A DNA stretch of 64,000 nt from Nostoc sp. GTDB lineage: Bacteria; Cyanobacteriota; Cyanobacteriia; Cyanobacteriales; Nostocaceae. The position numbers and the translations under genes were made by a program. Each line of letters begins with the position of its first letter. Positions within the stretch are counted from its first letter, which is position 1. The stretch is taken from positions 128,001 through 192,000 of the forward strand of contig JBALDB010000011.1 of NCBI GenBank assembly GCA_036918135.1, read 5' to 3'. The notes beneath the pieces were generated by a model that worked only from the letters and a program-made list of their open reading frames with translations, had not been told where the DNA came from and made no database searches. Below, one piece after another: positions 61,078 to 64,000 of this stretch.

Positions 61078-62598
61078 TTAGATTTGTAAAAAGTTGGCGA
61101 TCGCCTGGGGTAATGGCAGTATAATAACAACCAACAAACCCATTGCTAGCAATCCCCAAACATCACGTCCATTATCCAATTCAGTGACATCATTCAGGGC
61201 AGGTTCATCAATCAATGGCATGAATAATAAGATAATTGCCCACAACAAAAATTCTTCTTGAACTAAAGAAAGTAATAGTAAGAGTATACGAGCAATTTGA
61301 CCAATTACAATTGCGGTTCGTTGTCCAAACATCGCATGGACAATGTGACCTCCATCTAGTTGTCCTACAGGCATTAAATTTAAAGCAGTGACAACTAATC
61401 CGATAAAACCGGCTACTGCTACTGGATGTAAGTCAAGAGCCGATTTTGCTGTTAATTCACTACCTAAAGCTAACTTCGAGAGTAGCGCTAATAAAATAGA
61501 ATATTTGGGATTAAGGGCATCAGGATTTAGAAGTCGGGTTTTTTCTGTCAAGGGAATCACATCAGAATGAGCCAATCCCCAAATTAGTACTGGCAAGGTG
61601 ACGATAAAGCCGGCAATTGGCCCAGCAATACTAATGTCAAATAAGGCTTTGCGGTTGGGAATTGGACTACGCATTTGAATGAATGCGCCAAAAGTTCCCA
61701 AAAAGAAAGGCACAGGAATAAAGTAAGGCAATGTCGAGCGAATTTTGTAGAATTTAGCTATTAAATAATGTCCAAGTTCATGAGTGCCTAAAATCGCCAT
61801 TAGTCCTAGAGCATAGGGCAATCCCTTGAGTAGGATATCTGGATTAGATATAACTTTGAGCAAAGATTTTATTTCCCAGATTCGTGGGAGAGAAACATCA
61901 GCAATTTCCACTCCCACTATAGTAGTAGTTATAAAAGTAGCGAATAGCAATAAAAGTGCTAAACCTGGGCGAGTTAACTGTTGTTGGTCGCGTCGTGGTG
62001 TATTTGTCTGTTTCGCGGCTTGAGTGTTCGGAACTAGTACAAAGAAAGGTTTGCCATTGAAACCTTCTTGAAAGATTAATAGGAAGCGATCGCCAAATTG
62101 TGCTTCAATATTACTCTTAATCTGCTGATAAGCGTTGCTAGCTTTGGTTCGCAACTGACCGCGACAAATCACCGCTTGTGGTCGATACTCAATATTTTGG
62201 ACGTAATATACAGACCAAGGAAAACAATTTCGCAGTTGAGTTTCTTCCCTTGGTTCAATGGGACGTACTGTTGTTTCTACGGGAGGCTGGATAATTGGCT
62301 GTGATTCTGGGGCTTGGGTTTGGGCTTCGGTCTGTGTATCTGTTGGTACTCGACGCCCCCATTGAAACAATATCCAGTAGAACACTATGGAGATAAATAA
62401 AGACCACATAAACAATCCTACTGGCGGAGGTTGTTTCGCCCCGTACATCAGCATCCATCCAATCAACAGCAATGCTGGTGTCATTAAAACCAACCACAAC
62501 AACCATACTGGCGTCCGGGTGATCTGAGCGACGCTATGCTGCACCATTAGATAAGTAGCTAGCCCCAGTAGGAGGAGAAACAAAAACCAAAATTCCAT
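61078..62598 (-). CDS. Site-2 protease (M50 family)
   Basis: HELGH, AGPIAG and NLMPVGQLDGG motifs. ATG 62598 preferred. Confidence 0.93.
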   Translation of the reverse strand: MEFWFLFLLLLGLATYLMVQHSVAQITRTPVWLLWLVLMTPALLLIGWMLMYGAKQPPPVGLFMWSLFISIVFYWILFQWGRRVPTDTQTEAQTQAPESQPIIQPPVETTVRPIEPREETQLRNCFPWSVYYVQNIEYRPQAVICRGQLRTKASNAYQQIKSNIEAQFGDRFLLIFQEGFNGKPFFVLVPNTQAAKQTNTPRRDQQQLTRPGLALLLLFATFITTTIVGVEIADVSLPRIWEIKSLLKVISNPDILLKGLPYALGLMAILGTHELGHYLIAKFYKIRSTLPYFIPVPFFLGTFGAFIQMRSPIPNRKALFDISIAGPIAGFIVTLPVLIWGLAHSDVIPLTEKTRLLNPDALNPKYSILLALLSKLALGSELTAKSALDLHPVAVAGFIGLVVTALNLMPVGQLDGGHIVHAMFGQRTAIVIGQIARILLLLLSLVQEEFLLWAIILLFMPLIDEPALNDVTELDNGRDVWGLLAMGLLVVIILPLPQAIANFLQI

Positions 62599-62791
62599 AT
62601 TATCTTCAGTATTTTTGACAAAACGCCCTGCCAGTAGCTTTAGCACCATCGCCTTAACACTAGGCAGACCTCAAACCCCAATCTTTTTAACAATGGTTAC
62701 CAGTGCTAGTTAAAGTTTAAGTTTCAATCCTTGAGAATTTTTACACTATAACCAGATTATCCACAACTCCTCAGTTTCGGTTCTTTATATT

Positions 62792-63526
62792 ATGTCTCCT
62801 TTACCTCAACAACCAAGTCGCACAACAAACCCACCACGGGCTGTGTTTGTTGACGAAATTCCTAGCAAAGATTCTCTGGGAAGGAATTTCGCACAAGAGA
62901 GCATTTTTGCTTTTCCACCCAATCGAGACACATTAGGGGGAACCTCTTATTTTATTGTAAGAAATGAAAGCAACATCCTCATAGACTGCCCTACCCTAGA
63001 CCAAACAAATCAAGATTTTTTAACAGCGCATGGCGGCGTGGATTGGTTATTTCTCACGCATCGAGGTGCTATTGGTAAGACCCCCGAAATTCAGCAAATT
63101 TTTGGTTGCAAAGTCCTGATTCAAGAACAAGAAGCTTATTTATTACCAGGCTTAACCGTAACTACTTTTAGCCAAGAATTTACTGTTGATGCAGAAATAC
63201 AAGTGATTTGGACACCAGGTCATTCTCCTGGCTCATCTTGCCTATACTACAGCCAACTTGGAGGCATACTGTTTTCTGGTCGCCATTTAGTCCCCAACCA
63301 GCAAGGTAAACCAGTACCATTACGGACAGCCAAAACTTTCCACTGGCCGCGACAAATTAACAGTCTTCGATTGTTACTAGAACGTTTTACACCAGAAACT
63401 CTCCAGTACATTTGTCCTGGAGCAAATATAGGCTTTCTTAGAGGCAAGCGGTTCATAGCTCAAGCTTATCAGCACCTTGCCTGTGTTGATTTACAAGTTT
63501 TGTTGCAGATAGAGCCTCTACTTTAG
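62792..63526 (+). CDS. MBL-fold metallo-hydrolase-like protein
   Basis: FPPNRDTLGG, FLTHRG and TPGHSPGS motifs. Confidence 0.85.
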   Translation: MSPLPQQPSRTTNPPRAVFVDEIPSKDSLGRNFAQESIFAFPPNRDTLGGTSYFIVRNESNILIDCPTLDQTNQDFLTAHGGVDWLFLTHRGAIGKTPEIQQIFGCKVLIQEQEAYLLPGLTVTTFSQEFTVDAEIQVIWTPGHSPGSSCLYYSQLGGILFSGRHLVPNQQGKPVPLRTAKTFHWPRQINSLRLLLERFTPETLQYICPGANIGFLRGKRFIAQAYQHLACVDLQVLLQIEPLL

Positions 63527-63578
63527 AGGCGCAAATTCCTGAATTTTAAATTGAGAGACTGCTGCTTCAATAAAGTTT

Positions 63579-63788
63579 GGACTTACGCAAACACTCCCAA
63601 TGTCATTGCGACCGAAACGTAGTGTAGGGAAGCAATCCCAGAGTTTTTGGCGATTACTTCTCTACGAGACGCTCCGCGAACGCAACTCTTAGAGACGCTC
63701 TTGCTAGCTTGCTTCTGGGTTCGCGTAGCGTTCCGTAGGAAAGGAGTACGCTCGTAATGACGTAAAATCGTAGTCAGTGCGTAAGTCC
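63579..63788. repeat. TIR-bounded composite of nested small repeats
   Basis: ggacttacgca/tgcgtaagtcc ends; inner gtcattgcga/tcgtaatgac; ctctacgagacgct and gacgctcttgctagcttgcttct modules. Confidence 0.75.
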
Positions 63789-63808
63789 TGAAAGTTAGAA
63801 GCGGGTCA

Positions 63809-64000
63809 TTATATTACATTAAATCTAAAAGCAACTTTGATAACTGATGACTCGTTAACCTGGAACTGCTGGGTAACATAGGAACTTAATCCAATCTCAG
63901 TAATCAGTTCTTCTTTTGTTTTAGTCAGTTGTGGTGTGTTCGTCTCATCTTCGCGAAGCAGGGAGGCAAAATAACCGCCCCAAGCCGCATCAGCATGAAT
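63809..64000 (-). pseudogene. 3' end of an apparently truncated group II PLP-dependent decarboxylase
   Basis: Minus strand reads IHADAAWGGYFASLL...SSYVTQQFQVNESSVIKVAFRFNVI* with no DPHK-type PLP-lysine motif. Confidence 0.65.

Overview
This is a chromosomal segment from a filamentous cyanobacterium, probably Nostocales. The assignment rests on very frequent HIP1 octamers (GCGATCGC), STRR-type heptamer repeats, small dispersed palindromic repeats, and petF/bvdR/ycf54/nblB/cpcS-type genes. About 50 CDSs and one tRNA (CAU anticodon) are visible; I found no rRNA, CRISPR array or transposase. Housekeeping genes include dps, srxA, petF, bvdR, map, pyrE, queC, a phosphohexomutase, rdgB, glnB, thiD, ycf54 and pdxJ. 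Accessory loci: (i) two double-glycine-leader peptides with repeat-built cores next to a C39-peptidase ABC exporter; (ii) a chromosomal ParM-like actin plus ParR-like partner with no visible parC, a candidate repurposed cytoskeleton; (iii) an acyl-CoA-dehydrogenase-like / PIG-L deacetylase / NodS-like methyltransferase / GT2 cluster whose first gene seems to start at ATT; (iv) an RTX protein with five 345-bp Ig-like repeats; (v) tiny mobile repeats inserted in frame into genes, two of them splitting HIP1 sites; (vi) a truncated PLP-dependent decarboxylase at the right edge. All family calls come from motif recognition and memory of homologs; no database searches were run.
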